Part shown: piece after piece, positions 18,733 through 31,527 of the stretch
Position numbering within the stretch: the first letter of the stretch is position 1
Layout: the number at the start of each line of letters is the position of its first letter
DNA from: Gemmatimonadales bacterium
GTDB taxonomy: Bacteria; Gemmatimonadota; Gemmatimonadetes; Longimicrobiales; Gaopeijiaceae
DNA: 64,000 bases
Direction of reading: 5' to 3'
Assembly: GCA_947499465.1 (NCBI GenBank)
Contig: CANMOI010000004.1
Span: forward strand, 14,023 to 78,022
The notes under the pieces: generated by a model
What the model saw: only the letters and a program-made list of their open reading frames with translations
Databases searched by the model: none
Told to the model about the DNA's origin: nothing
Position numbers and translations under genes: made by a program

Positions 18733-19352
18733 GAAGGATCTCGATCGTCGGAGCGGTGGCCCTCGCGGCCGCGCTGGGAACCCCCGTTTCGGGGGCCGCC
18801 CAGGCGTTTCGCGAGTCCGTCGCGGACGAGGCGCTCCTCTTCCAGGACCGCATCATCGAGGGGGCGCCCAATCTGGACGGCCCGCTCGTCAGTTCGGCCG
18901 AGCGGTACGTCGTGGTCCACCTGGCAGAGAACCGCGTGTTCGTCTTCGAGGGCGACCAGGCCATCTGGTCCGCCCCCGCCGGCACCGGCACGGGCTTCCA
19001 GCTGGTCAACGGCGACCACGGGTGGAAGTTCTCCACGCCGCGCGGGATGATGCGCATCCGCCGCATGGAGAAGGATCCGCTCTGGGAGGCGCCCGACTGG
19101 CACTACGTCGAGAAGGGTCTCACGCCCCCGGCCGCGAACGATCCCTCCCGGACGATGGCGGGGATCATGGGCACGACCGCGATCTATCTGGGCGACGGGA
19201 TCGCGATCCACGGCACGAACACGCCGGCGCTCCTGATGAATCCGGATCCCGACGCGCGCCGCGTATCCCACGGGTGCATCCGGCTCACCAACGAGAACGC
19301 GCGTGAGCTGATGCACATGGTGGAAGTGGGCACCCCGGTGCTCATCTACTGA
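18729..19352 (+). CDS. L,D-transpeptidase
   Basis: TPRG, IHGT, SHGCIRL. Confidence 0.9.
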   Translation: MRRISIVGAVALAAALGTPVSGAAQAFRESVADEALLFQDRIIEGAPNLDGPLVSSAERYVVVHLAENRVFVFEGDQAIWSAPAGTGTGFQLVNGDHGWKFSTPRGMMRIRRMEKDPLWEAPDWHYVEKGLTPPAANDPSRTMAGIMGTTAIYLGDGIAIHGTNTPALLMNPDPDARRVSHGCIRLTNENARELMHMVEVGTPVLIY

Positions 19353-19454
19353 TGAAACGGGCGCGGATCTCCGCACCGGTCGCTTCGACTCTCCCGTCCC
19401 TACCACTCTCGTTCTTCATCACCCCTCGCCGGGGTGATGGGTTACCTTAGCGCC

Positions 19455-19919
19455 ATGGCGGAGACCGATGGAAAGAAGATCGTCGCCTCCAACCGAAAGG
19501 CGCGGCACGACTACGAGATCCTGGCGACCTGGGAGGCCGGTATCGTGCTCAAGGGTCCCGAGGTGAAGTCGCTGCGCGCCGGGAAGGTGGGCTTCCAGGA
19601 CGCCTTCGCGAGCGTGCGGGGCGCGGAGCTCTGGCTGCACAACCTCCACATCTCCCCCTACGAGCAGGCCAACCGGTACAACGAGGATCCGCTCCGCGTC
19701 AGGAAGCTCCTGCTCGCGAAGAACGAGATCCGGAAGCTGATCGGGAAGGTCGAGGAGAAGGGGCTGACGCTGGTGCCGCTCGAGCTGCACTTCCGGCGCG
19801 GCTACGCGAAGATCGTGATCGGCCTCGCGCGCGGGCGGAAGCTGCACGACAAGCGCGAGAAGCTGAAGGAGCGCGCGCAGGCGATGGACACGCGGCGCGC
19901 CATCGCGGGGAACGAATGA
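19455..19919 (+). CDS. smpB: SsrA-binding protein
   Basis: NRKARHDY, EVKSLR, RKLLL, DKRE. Confidence 0.97.
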   Translation: MAETDGKKIVASNRKARHDYEILATWEAGIVLKGPEVKSLRAGKVGFQDAFASVRGAELWLHNLHISPYEQANRYNEDPLRVRKLLLAKNEIRKLIGKVEEKGLTLVPLELHFRRGYAKIVIGLARGRKLHDKREKLKERAQAMDTRRAIAGNE

Positions 19920-21199
19920 GGACGCGCGGCCTGGTTGTCGTGCTCATCCTCGCGCTCCCGGGCGTGGCCGTGGCGCAGCAGCCGACTCGGCTCGCGATCG
20001 TGGGGCCGGCCGGAGCCGCCGTGCAGCCGCTCCCGGTCGAATTCCACCGCGGCTACGCGGCGGTGCAGCTGATCGGCTTCGAGCGGATCGGCTGGACCGT
20101 GACCTCGTCCGCGCGCGGCGAGTCCGCTCGGATCGGGGGGGACACGATCCTCGTGCGCGCGGGCAGCCCGTTCTTCCGGTGGGGCGCGCAGCTGCTCCAG
20201 CTGACCGGGGAGCCTTACCGCATCGCCGACGAAGTCTGGGTGCCGGTTCAGCTCGTGTCGGACTTCCTGCCCGCGCATCTGCCCGAGGTCTATACATTTC
20301 GACCGGACGGATTCGTCCTCGAGACGCGCGTGGTGGCGCTGTCGGTCCCCAGGCCGCTTCCGGAGGCTTCGCGACCGGCGGTGTCGCGCGCACAGGCGCA
20401 GCCGCCGAGGCCGACCACGCGCCCCTCCACGGCTGCCGCGACGTCCGCCCCTCCCGCGCCCGCGGCCACTGGCCCGGCCTCCAAGCGCGTGGTGGTGATC
20501 GATCCCGGCCACGGCGGCGACGATTCGGGCGCGCGCGGCCCCGGCGGCGTGCGCGAGAAGGATGTCGCGCTCCAGATCGGCCTCGCGCTCGCTCGCGAGC
20601 TCGAGAAGCGGCCCGACCTCGAGGTGCATCTTACCCGCTCGGAGGACCGGCTGGTTCCGCTCTGGGAGCGCGGCGAGCGGGCGACCGAGATCAAGGGCGA
20701 GCGGACCGGGATCTTCATCTCGCTCCACCTCAACGCGGGCTCGGCGCTCGACGCGCGCGGCTTCGAGACGTATTTCCTCTCCGAGGCGCGCACCGAGCAC
20801 GAGCGGCGGGTGGCCGCGCTCGAGAACGAAGCGTTCAACCTCGGGCCGAGCGAGAGCGGGACGCGGGATCAAGCGCTCAACGGCATCCTGAAGGAGCTGA
20901 GCAACCTGGATCACCAGCATTGGTCGGCGGAGCTCGCGGAGATGGTCCAGCAGGATCTGGCGCCGATCCACCCCGGCCCCAACCGGGGCGTGAAGCAGGG
21001 CCCGCTCGCGGTGATCACCAACGCGCTCATGCCCGCGGTGCTGGTCGAGATCGGCTTCATCTCCAACGCCAACGAGGCGCGGCTCCTGAGCACCTCGGAC
21101 TTCCAGGCGGCCACCGCCCGCGCGCTCGCCAAATCGGTCGATCGCTTCTTCGAGCACTATCCGCCCGGCTCGTCCGGCGCGCCGGTGTCCACGCGATGA
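19916..21199 (+). CDS. N-acetylmuramoyl-L-alanine amidase (Amidase_3)
   Basis: IDPGHGG, FISLHLNA, PAVLVEIGFISN. Confidence 0.92.
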   Translation: MRTRGLVVVLILALPGVAVAQQPTRLAIVGPAGAAVQPLPVEFHRGYAAVQLIGFERIGWTVTSSARGESARIGGDTILVRAGSPFFRWGAQLLQLTGEPYRIADEVWVPVQLVSDFLPAHLPEVYTFRPDGFVLETRVVALSVPRPLPEASRPAVSRAQAQPPRPTTRPSTAAATSAPPAPAATGPASKRVVVIDPGHGGDDSGARGPGGVREKDVALQIGLALARELEKRPDLEVHLTRSEDRLVPLWERGERATEIKGERTGIFISLHLNAGSALDARGFETYFLSEARTEHERRVAALENEAFNLGPSESGTRDQALNGILKELSNLDHQHWSAELAEMVQQDLAPIHPGPNRGVKQGPLAVITNALMPAVLVEIGFISNANEARLLSTSDFQAATARALAKSVDRFFEHYPPGSSGAPVSTR

Positions 21200-22158
21200 A
21201 GCTCTCCGTCGAGCGCTGGGGGGTGACCTTCCAGAACCCCGTCTTCCTGGCCGCCGGCACGTGCGGCTTCGGCGAAGAGGTCTCCGAGGTCGTTGATCTC
21301 GAGGCGCTCGGGGGCATCGTCACCAAGTCGGTCACGGTCGAGCCGCGCAAGGGGAATCCCGCGCCGCGCGTCGCCGAGATCGGCCCCTCGATGATCAACT
21401 CGATCGGGCTCGCCAATCCGGGCCTCGCGCGCGTGCGCGCCGCGGAGCTGCCCTGGATCCGCGACAACCTGTACAACGCGAAAGTGTTCGTGAGCGTCGC
21501 GGGCCGCTCCGCTCGCGACTATCTGACCGTGGTGGAGGGGCTCGACGGCGAGGACGGGTTCGTCGGGTTCGAGCTCAACCTCTCGTGCCCGAACGACCTG
21601 AACCTCGAGCGCCCATTCGCCCTGGACCCGAACGCGGTCGCCGAGGTGGTGGGCGGCGTGCGCCGGCGCACGCAGCGGCCGGTGCTCGTGAAGCTCGCCC
21701 CGAACGATCCCGATCTGGCCACGACCGTGAAGAGCGCCGAGAACGCGGGCGCCGACGGGATCACGCTCGTGAACACGCTCCCGGGGATGGCGCTCGACTC
21801 CGGCCGTCGGCGCCCCGTGCTCGGCGCGGGGCAGGGTGGGATCAGCGGCCCGGGCCTGCGCGGGATGGGCTTGCTCGCGGTCGCGACCGCCCGCAAGGCG
21901 ACCACGCTGCCGCTCGTCGGGGTGGGCGGGATCGGCTCGGCCAACGACGTGCTCGAGTACCTGCTCGCCGGCGCTTCGCTGGTGCAGGTCGGGACCGCTT
22001 CGTTCGCCGATCCGCGGACCGGCGAGCGGATCGTACGCGACCTCGCGAAATGGGGCCCCGGCCGGAAGATCGGATCGGTGGAGGACTTGGTAGGGGCGGG
22101 GGTGCCTCGTCCCGCGCTGTCTCCTTCGGCCGCGGCCCCCGCCGCCGCGCACCGCTGA
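21196..22158 (+). CDS. pyrD: Dihydroorotate dehydrogenase (family 1B catalytic subunit)
   Basis: AAGTCG, NSIGLAN, ELNLSCPN, VKLAPN. Confidence 0.93.
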   Translation: MKLSVERWGVTFQNPVFLAAGTCGFGEEVSEVVDLEALGGIVTKSVTVEPRKGNPAPRVAEIGPSMINSIGLANPGLARVRAAELPWIRDNLYNAKVFVSVAGRSARDYLTVVEGLDGEDGFVGFELNLSCPNDLNLERPFALDPNAVAEVVGGVRRRTQRPVLVKLAPNDPDLATTVKSAENAGADGITLVNTLPGMALDSGRRRPVLGAGQGGISGPGLRGMGLLAVATARKATTLPLVGVGGIGSANDVLEYLLAGASLVQVGTASFADPRTGERIVRDLAKWGPGRKIGSVEDLVGAGVPRPALSPSAAAPAAAHR

Positions 22159-22868
22159 TGGCCGCTCCGGAGCTCATCGTCGCGCTGGACTTCGCCTCCC
22201 GGGCGGACGCCCTGTCCATGGTGGATCGCCTGGGGGACGCTGCGGGGTACTACAAGGTCGGGCTCGAGCTCTACACGCGGGAAGGCGCCGCGGTGGTGAA
22301 GGAGCTGCGCAAGCGGAAGAAGAGGATCTTCCTCGACCTGAAGCTCCACGACATCCCGAATACGGTGGCTGGTGCGGTGAACGCCGCGACCGACGCCGGC
22401 GTAGACATGCTCACGGTCCACATCGCGGGGGGACGCAAGATGATGGAGGCGGCGGCCAAGGTGGCGGGCGATCAGCTCGCGCTGCTCGGCGTGACCGTGC
22501 TCACGTCGCTGTCGCCCACCGACATCGAGAGCGTGTGGGGCCGCCCGATCTCGTCCCTGCGCGAGGACGTGGTGCGGCTCGCCACGCTCGCCCAGGAGAG
22601 CGGCCTGCGCGGCGTGGTCGCGTCTCCCGAGGAGGCCGAAGCGGTGCGCCGGCGGCTCGGGAAGGAGCTGTACGTGGTGACGCCCGGCATCCGCCTGCCC
22701 GGCACCGCGACGCACGACCAGGCGCGCGTGGCCACGCCCGCCCAGGCGGCGCGCGCGGGCGCGAGCCATCTCGTGATCGGCCGCGCCGTGACGCAGGCGG
22801 CGGACCCCGTGGTCGCGCTCGACAAGATCAAGAAGTCGCTCGAGCCGACCGCGAAGGCCAAGGCATGA
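22158..22868 (+). CDS. pyrF: Orotidine-5'-phosphate decarboxylase
   Basis: VALD, KVGLEL, DLKLHDIPNT, TPGIR. Confidence 0.96.
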   Translation: MAAPELIVALDFASRADALSMVDRLGDAAGYYKVGLELYTREGAAVVKELRKRKKRIFLDLKLHDIPNTVAGAVNAATDAGVDMLTVHIAGGRKMMEAAAKVAGDQLALLGVTVLTSLSPTDIESVWGRPISSLREDVVRLATLAQESGLRGVVASPEEAEAVRRRLGKELYVVTPGIRLPGTATHDQARVATPAQAARAGASHLVIGRAVTQAADPVVALDKIKKSLEPTAKAKA

Positions 22869-23287
22869 AGACGCTGCGTGCGACCGTTCTGCTCCTGGTG
22901 GTCCTCGCGGCAAACGTGACGGCCCAGCAGACGTCGCTCAGCGGCGTCGTGGGCTCGGCGGCCGGAGCCTGGAGCCAGAAGGATGCGGACGGCCTCTCCC
23001 GCATGCTCTCGGACCGCGGCGTCGCGCTCTACCTGTTCGACGAGAGCCATCCGGCGGCCGGAGTGCGGCAGGCTCGTGCGGCGCTCTCCGACGTGCTGGA
23101 CCGGGGCGGCCGGGCGCGCGTCTCCAAGGTCGAGGAGCTGGGGGGCGATCCGCAGCGCGGGATGGCGGAGCTCAGCTGGGACGTCACCGCCCCAGGCTCG
23201 CCAGCGGCATCCCGTTTCGTGATCTTCCTCGGCTTCGTCCTCGAGGACGGAGGTTGGAGGATCGGCGAAATCCGGGTGCTCCGCTGA
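22865..23287 (+). CDS. Secreted hypothetical protein
   Basis: Signal peptide; tightly packed between pyrF and cysS. Confidence 0.7.
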   Translation: MKTLRATVLLLVVLAANVTAQQTSLSGVVGSAAGAWSQKDADGLSRMLSDRGVALYLFDESHPAAGVRQARAALSDVLDRGGRARVSKVEELGGDPQRGMAELSWDVTAPGSPAASRFVIFLGFVLEDGGWRIGEIRVLR

Positions 23288-23288
23288 C

Positions 23289-24731
23289 ATGACGCTCAAG
23301 CTCTACAACACACTCAGCCGCTCGCTGGAGCCGTTCGAGCCCCTGAGCCCGCCGCACGTGCGGGTCTACGGCTGCGGCCCCACCGTCTACGACTTCCCGC
23401 ACATCGGGAATTACCGGACGTTCCTCGTCTACGATCTGCTCCACCGGTACCTCGAGTGGAGCGGCTATCAGGTCAAGTTCGTGGTGAACCTGACCGATGT
23501 GGACGACCGCACGATCGAGGCGGCGGGCAAGCGCGGCGTGCCGCTCCGCGAGCACACCAAGCCCTACGCCGACGCCTTCCTGGCCGACGGCCGCACTCTC
23601 GGAATCCTGCCCGCCGACGTGCACCCGCTCGCGACCGAGTACGTCGAGCGCATGGTGACGTTCGTCGGCAAGCTGGTGGAGAAGGGTCTCGCGTACCGCG
23701 CCGAGGACGGCTCGGTGTACTTCTCGATCGCCGCGTTCCCGACGTACGGAAAGCTCTCCCGGGTCGATCCCGAGGCGCTGCGCGCGGGGGTCCGCGTCGC
23801 GGTGGACGACTACGGGAAGGACGACGTGCGCGACTTCGCGCTCTGGAAGGCCGCCAAGCCCGCGGACGAAACCGCCGGGGCCGCGTGGGATTCGCCGTGG
23901 GGGCGGGGACGCCCCGGGTGGCACCTCGAGTGCTCCGTGATGAGCATCGCCGAGCTGGGCGAGACGCTCGACATCCACGTCGGGGGCGAGGACCTGATCT
24001 TCCCGCACCACGAGGACGAGATCGCGCAGTCCGAGGGCGTTACCGGCAAGCCGTTCGTGCGCTACTGGATGCACGCCAAGCACCTGCTGGTGGACGGCAG
24101 GAAGATGTCCAAGTCGCTGGGCAACTTCATCGTCGTGCGCGAGCTGCTCGAGGCCGGCCACGAGCCCGCGGCGATCCGGCACCAGCTCCTGTCGGCGCAG
24201 TACAGGAGCGAGCTCAACTTCACGATGGAGGGGCTCGAGGCTTCCGGCCGTGCGGTGCAGCGGCTGCTCGACTTCGAGGCGCGCATCGAGGAGGGCGCCA
24301 CCGCCGCGACCGCCGCTCCGGCCGGCCTGCCTGAGATCGCGGCCACCGCGGTGGCCGCATTCCGCGCCGCGCTCGACGAAGACCTGAACACCTCGGACGC
24401 GCTCGCCGCGCTGTTCGTGCTGGTGGGGCAGGGGAACGCCGCGCTCGACCGCGCCGGCGCCGTGCTCCCCGCCGAGCGGGACGCTCTCAGGGACGCATTG
24501 GCCTCGATCGATCGAGTGCTCGGCCTGATCGAGGTCGCGCGGACGTCGCGCGCGCTCGACGCCGGGACGATCGCCTGGGTGGACGGCATGATTGGGCAGC
24601 GCAGGACCGCCCGCGGCGCGCGCGACTTTGCCCGTGCCGACGCGATCCGGAAGGAGCTCGCCGAGCGCGGCATCGTGCTTGAGGACTCGGCGCAGGGCAC
24701 GCGCTGGAAGGTCGTCCGAAAGGTGGAGTAA
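23289..24731 (+). CDS. cysS: Cysteine--tRNA ligase
   Basis: CGPTVY, HIGN, GRPGWHLECS, KMSKS. Confidence 0.97.
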   Translation: MTLKLYNTLSRSLEPFEPLSPPHVRVYGCGPTVYDFPHIGNYRTFLVYDLLHRYLEWSGYQVKFVVNLTDVDDRTIEAAGKRGVPLREHTKPYADAFLADGRTLGILPADVHPLATEYVERMVTFVGKLVEKGLAYRAEDGSVYFSIAAFPTYGKLSRVDPEALRAGVRVAVDDYGKDDVRDFALWKAAKPADETAGAAWDSPWGRGRPGWHLECSVMSIAELGETLDIHVGGEDLIFPHHEDEIAQSEGVTGKPFVRYWMHAKHLLVDGRKMSKSLGNFIVVRELLEAGHEPAAIRHQLLSAQYRSELNFTMEGLEASGRAVQRLLDFEARIEEGATAATAAPAGLPEIAATAVAAFRAALDEDLNTSDALAALFVLVGQGNAALDRAGAVLPAERDALRDALASIDRVLGLIEVARTSRALDAGTIAWVDGMIGQRRTARGARDFARADAIRKELAERGIVLEDSAQGTRWKVVRKVE

Positions 24732-24771
24732 AAAAATCGAGGCCGCGCCCCGTGAGGAGCGCGGCCTCGAT
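24730..24771 (-). terminator. Intrinsic terminator between convergent cysS and MBL gene
   Basis: 13-bp stem atcgaggccgcgc/gcgcggcctcgat with an A7 run on the + strand. Confidence 0.75.
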
Positions 24772-24788
24772 GCTTACCGGTACGGGGG

Positions 24789-26249
24789 TCAGTTGTCTGC
24801 GTTCGTCTTGCCGGTCACCCTGCGCAGCTCGTCCATCGTGATCGTCCGACCGTCCGCGGGATAGTGGACGGGGATGATCCGCGCCACGTCGAGCTTCAGG
24901 CGCTCGATGTTCTCGAGGAGCGCCAGGTTGTACTCGCTCGGTGGGCTGGGCGGAGTCGCGGTCGGGCCCTGCGGATTGAAGCCGTCGGCCTGGTACAGGA
25001 TCTTCTCCGCCGGGAAGTACGCCATGACCATTCCGGGGTGATGGAGGAACTGGCTCATGTGGTAGAGCTCGATCGTGTGGCCGTTCCCGGTGATCACCTT
25101 CTTCTCGGACATCGCCTCGATCTTGAGCGGCTTGCCCGCCTTCTGCTGCGCGTCCGGATTGAGCGTGTGCGGCCGGTTGAGGATCTGCTCGAGATAGGCG
25201 CGGTTCCCCTCGTGCGTCAGGATCGTGGCCCCCTCGGCCATGAACGCCCGCAGGCCGCTCGAGTGGTCGAAGTGGGGGTGCGTGTTGAGCACCGTCCGGA
25301 TCGGCTTACCGGGCATCAGCTTCTTGGCCTCGGCGATCACCGCGAGCGCGCGCGCCTCGCTGTTGCCGGGCTCGAGGAAGAAGATGTGATCGCCCATGTC
25401 GATCGCCATCACCGCATACCCGCTGTTGAACAGGTACACGCCCGGGGAGACCACTTCGTGGGGGGTCGCCGGAGCGGTCGCACCGCCACCGCCACCACCA
25501 CCGCCGCCCTGGGGGGCCGCCGCGCTCGTGACCGCCGGGTTGATCTTCACTTCGCTCAACGTCAGGTCGAAGATCGGGTAGCCGCCCTGATTCTGGACGA
25601 TGCGCATCGGGAACGAAACGCCGTCCACCGTCTTGAAGTCGCTGTAGAGTGCCTCGAACGGCGTGTCGCCCAGCACCGGGTGGTCGATCATCGTCTCGAC
25701 CCGCTCGACCTGGTTCTGGGCGCTGATGTAGCCCGTCACCTTGGCCTTGTTGTCACCCATGAACGACACGACCTGGTAGCGCTTGCCCTCGACCATCTTA
25801 CTGGGCTCGAGGGTCGCGTTGCGCGCCGCGGCAGCGCGCAGGAAGCCCTGCGGCATCATGTAGATCTCGAGCTGCTGCGCCCACGGCGTGTTGGCGGCCA
25901 CGATGATCGTCTGCGCGTTCGGCTGCTCGCCGCGGATCGGCTGGTTGCCGCCGCCCCTTGGCGGGTTCTCGCCCTGGAGCCGGACCCGGTTCACCTGCGA
26001 GGAGGGAACCGCGAAGTCGATCGAGCGCGTGTAGGTCTTGTTGATGAACTTGGGCCACGGGCCGCCCGGCTCCGGCGACTGTCCGAGCGCATAGTCGAAC
26101 CCGGTCGCCGAGTAGGTGACGGTCTTCAGGGTCTCGACCCCCATGGCCTGGGATGCCGAGGCGAGGACGGACTTGGCGTCCTGAGCCTGGGCGTTGGTCG
26201 TGACCAGTGCTGCGAGCACCGCGACGAGCACCAGCGTCTTCTTCAACAT
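24789..26249 (-). CDS. Secreted MBL-fold metallo-hydrolase with N-terminal beta domain
   Basis: Signal peptide, Gly linker, THPHFDHSSG. Confidence 0.85.
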   Translation of the reverse strand: MLKKTLVLVAVLAALVTTNAQAQDAKSVLASASQAMGVETLKTVTYSATGFDYALGQSPEPGGPWPKFINKTYTRSIDFAVPSSQVNRVRLQGENPPRGGGNQPIRGEQPNAQTIIVAANTPWAQQLEIYMMPQGFLRAAAARNATLEPSKMVEGKRYQVVSFMGDNKAKVTGYISAQNQVERVETMIDHPVLGDTPFEALYSDFKTVDGVSFPMRIVQNQGGYPIFDLTLSEVKINPAVTSAAAPQGGGGGGGGGATAPATPHEVVSPGVYLFNSGYAVMAIDMGDHIFFLEPGNSEARALAVIAEAKKLMPGKPIRTVLNTHPHFDHSSGLRAFMAEGATILTHEGNRAYLEQILNRPHTLNPDAQQKAGKPLKIEAMSEKKVITGNGHTIELYHMSQFLHHPGMVMAYFPAEKILYQADGFNPQGPTATPPSPPSEYNLALLENIERLKLDVARIIPVHYPADGRTITMDELRRVTGKTNADN

Positions 26250-26363
26250 TCGGTCCTCCCGCCTTCTGCCTGTGAGTTTGTCCGAAAAGATAACGGGTCT
26301 GCTAGACGAACCAACAAGGTAGGGTTGGCTAGGGGGCGGCGCTATTTTCTTCGTGGATTGTGC

Positions 26364-26394
26364 TTGACTAGATCAACTACTGGACCCAATCTAG
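26364..26394 (+). promoter_or_regulatory. Promoter/operator region of furA-katG
   Basis: TTGACT, with a CTAGAT...ATCTAG inverted repeat ending 4 nt before the GTG start. Confidence 0.5.
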
Positions 26395-26398
26395 CCGC

Positions 26399-29040
<2,642 letters not shown>

Positions 29041-29080
29041 GTGGCGGGGCCCTCACGGCAGGTGCGGCGGCGCGCAGGCC

Positions 29081-29394
29081 GTGAGGGCTGGCGGGTTGGA
29101 AGGGTATGATCTCGGGGCCCACCGAGACATCACTGTCAGTGGACATCCAAAGCGCGTATGCGACATTTCCCAGGCCAAAGTCATGGCCGCGCTGGTGGCT
29201 GTAGGAAGATCGATCTTGCTTCCCTTCGGCGAGAACACTCGGTACGATTTGGTGATCGATGAAGGTGGCCGGTTCGTCAGACTCCAGTGCAAGACAGGCC
29301 CACTGCGCGCTCTTTGCGGGTTACTCCTCCTGCCAACGGTCAGCGGCGGTCGATTCGTTGGGCTGAGGAGTTCGAGCTCGGACGGGGCGCTTCT
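29081..29394 (+). pseudogene. PD-(D/E)XK endonuclease (PDDEXK_5-like) remnant with internal deletion
   Basis: PFGENTRYDLVID...RLQCKTG, then a frame change to the C-terminal LRVTPPANGQRRSIRWAEEFEL; the middle of the protein is missing. Confidence 0.75.
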
Positions 29395-29467
29395 GCTCGG
29401 GTAGCTCAATTGGTAGAGCACCGCACTTGTAATGCGGAGGTTATGGGTTCAAGTCCCATCCTGAGCT
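29395..29467 (+). tRNA. tRNA-Thr(TGT)
   Basis: Cloverleaf: GCTCGGG/CCTGAGC acceptor, CCGCA-CT-TGT-AA-TGCGG anticodon arm, TTCAAGT T loop. Confidence 0.96.
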
Positions 29468-29559
29468 CTTCGACGAGGAGAGGTCGCGGCTGACAGGCAG
29501 AGTCACCCCGACGACCGGATGACGCGATCGGGCTGACAGCACGCTCGGCCTGAAGACGA

Positions 29560-29596
29560 AAGCGGCCGCCCGATTCGTCGGGCGGCCGCTTCTTTT
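29560..29596 (+). terminator. Intrinsic terminator
   Basis: 14-bp stem with TTCG loop followed by CTTTT. Confidence 0.8.
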
Positions 29597-29626
29597 CGGG
29601 TCGGCCTGCGTCGCGCCGAGCCCCGA

Positions 29627-30109
29627 TCAGCGCTGCACCGCGACCGTGGAGATCAGGATCACACCCTGCGGAAAGCCGGTCCCGTAGCGCGTGGTCGCGT
29701 CCTGCGCGCTGAGATACTTCAGGCTCGTGACCTCGTTGGCCTTGATCGAGCGCAGCATGTCGAAGGGCTGCTTCAACTCGTTGAGGATGATACCGGGAGC
29801 GTCGGTGCCCGGGGTGGTGGAGATCGCGGAGCAGTTGCCACCCCGGCAACTCCCCGACACGCCTCCCTGTGCCGCGTTTCCCCCCCTGAAGCTGGTCGAG
29901 CCTCGTGACTTCATCCAGTTCGGGCGCAGCCGCTGGACCGCATCCAGCACGCTGCGCGCGCTGATCGTCGGATCGGCCAGCTCTTCGAGGCTGATCTCGT
30001 TCGCGGACTTCTTGACCCTAGTCGTCGCTTGAGCGCTCGCGAGAGCGGGCAGGTACGCGCACAGAAGGATGCCGAGAACCACCACCGAAGGTTTCTTCAC
30101 GGGAGCCAT
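29627..30109 (-). CDS. Secreted protein resembling a stand-alone TonB-plug-like domain
   Basis: Signal peptide; DAVQRLRPNW and LSAQDATTRYGTG...GVILIST. Confidence 0.65.
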   Translation of the reverse strand: MAPVKKPSVVVLGILLCAYLPALASAQATTRVKKSANEISLEELADPTISARSVLDAVQRLRPNWMKSRGSTSFRGGNAAQGGVSGSCRGGNCSAISTTPGTDAPGIILNELKQPFDMLRSIKANEVTSLKYLSAQDATTRYGTGFPQGVILISTVAVQR

Positions 30110-30308
30110 CCTCTCGGTTCGAGTCAGGAACACCTGTGCCTCGTCCAACTCACCTGACGCTGGTCCCAATATGTGCTTTTTGTACCGACCCGGACAAAAG
30201 ACTGTTGCTGGCGAGGTGACCGAATAGATCCCGACGGCCGTAGCCGCCGGATCTTCCGGGACGGCTGGCCGTATTCAAGGCGTGACCCCAACAGCGAGGA
30301 ATGGCGGA

Positions 30309-30800
30309 ATGCGCATTAGCGGATCGACCGTTGTCCCGGCCCTCCTGCTCATCATTGGCTGCGGGGGGCCCGACGCGGGGAGCGTGGCCGAGGACCAGGC
30401 GCCCGTCATGGCCGCGGCGACCGCCAAACCCGTGACCCAGGTCTGGAAGGACCCGACCTGCGGCTGTTGTACGAGCTGGGTCGAGCGCCTGAGGGCGGCC
30501 GGGTATCCCGTCGAGGTGATGGACGTCGCGGATATCGAGGCGATCAAGCGGTCCAAGGGGATCCCGGGCCACCTGACCTCCTGCCATACCGCTCTGGTGG
30601 ACGGCTATCTCGTCGAGGGCCACGTCCCGGTGGCGGTGATCGACCGGATTCTCGCGGAGCGTCCGGAGGTGGCCGGAGTCGCGGTGCCGGGCATGCCGAT
30701 GGGATCCGAGGGAATGGAAATGCCGGGTGGCCAGGTTGACCACTACGACGTCGTCGCGTTCAAGGCGAACGGAGAGAGCTCGGTGTACGAGCGGCGGTGA
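30309..30800 (+). CDS. DUF411/CopG-like metal-binding lipoprotein
   Basis: Lipobox IIGC; WKDPTCGCC, SCHT, EGHVP, MPMGSEGM. Confidence 0.88.
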   Translation: MRISGSTVVPALLLIIGCGGPDAGSVAEDQAPVMAAATAKPVTQVWKDPTCGCCTSWVERLRAAGYPVEVMDVADIEAIKRSKGIPGHLTSCHTALVDGYLVEGHVPVAVIDRILAERPEVAGVAVPGMPMGSEGMEMPGGQVDHYDVVAFKANGESSVYERR

Positions 30801-30884
30801 AGGGGCGGGACCCGGGATCTGCGCTTTTCGGCCCTGGGCGATAGTTTCCCGAGGTCCACTGGACGACCCCATCAGGAGCTCGTC

Positions 30885-31520
30885 ATGCCCGACACGAAAT
30901 GGATGATCAAGGCGCGTGAGTTCACGAACTGCAACTGCGCCTATGGCTGCCCGTGCCAGTTCAACGCGCTGCCGACCCACGGTGACTGTCAGGCGGTATC
31001 GGGCATGCAGATCGATACCGGTCATCACGGCGACACCAAGCTCGACGGCCTCCGCTCCGTCGGCATCTTTCGCTGGCCCGGTCCCATCCATCAGGGCAAG
31101 GGCGAGGCCGCGATCGTCATCGACGAGCGCGCGACTCCCGCGCAGCGAGCGGCGCTGCTCCGCATCCTGAGCGGTCAGGACACCAAGCCCGGTGCGACGA
31201 TCTTCCAGGTCTTCTCGACCACGCTGGTGAAGGTGCACGATCCGATCTTCGCGCCGATCGACTTCCAGGTGGACATCGATGCGCGGAAGGCGAAGCTGGT
31301 GGTGGCCGGCGTGGCGGAGGGGCGGGGCGAGCCGATCCTCAATCCGGTGACCGGCGCCGAGCACCGCGCGCGCATCGACCTGCCCAACGGCTTCGAGTAC
31401 ACGCTCGCGGAAATGGGTCGCGGCTGGACGAAGACCAAGGGACCGATCGAGCTCGACTTGTCGGATTCCTACGGTCAGTTCGCGCACGTCAATCTCTGCG
31501 AGACCGGGATCGTCCGCTAA
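30885..31520 (+). CDS. DUF1326 domain protein
   Basis: NCNCAYGCPCQF...C, WPGPIHQG, IDERA. Confidence 0.85.
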   Translation: MPDTKWMIKAREFTNCNCAYGCPCQFNALPTHGDCQAVSGMQIDTGHHGDTKLDGLRSVGIFRWPGPIHQGKGEAAIVIDERATPAQRAALLRILSGQDTKPGATIFQVFSTTLVKVHDPIFAPIDFQVDIDARKAKLVVAGVAEGRGEPILNPVTGAEHRARIDLPNGFEYTLAEMGRGWTKTKGPIELDLSDSYGQFAHVNLCETGIVR

Positions 31521-31527
31521 GCCCTCG

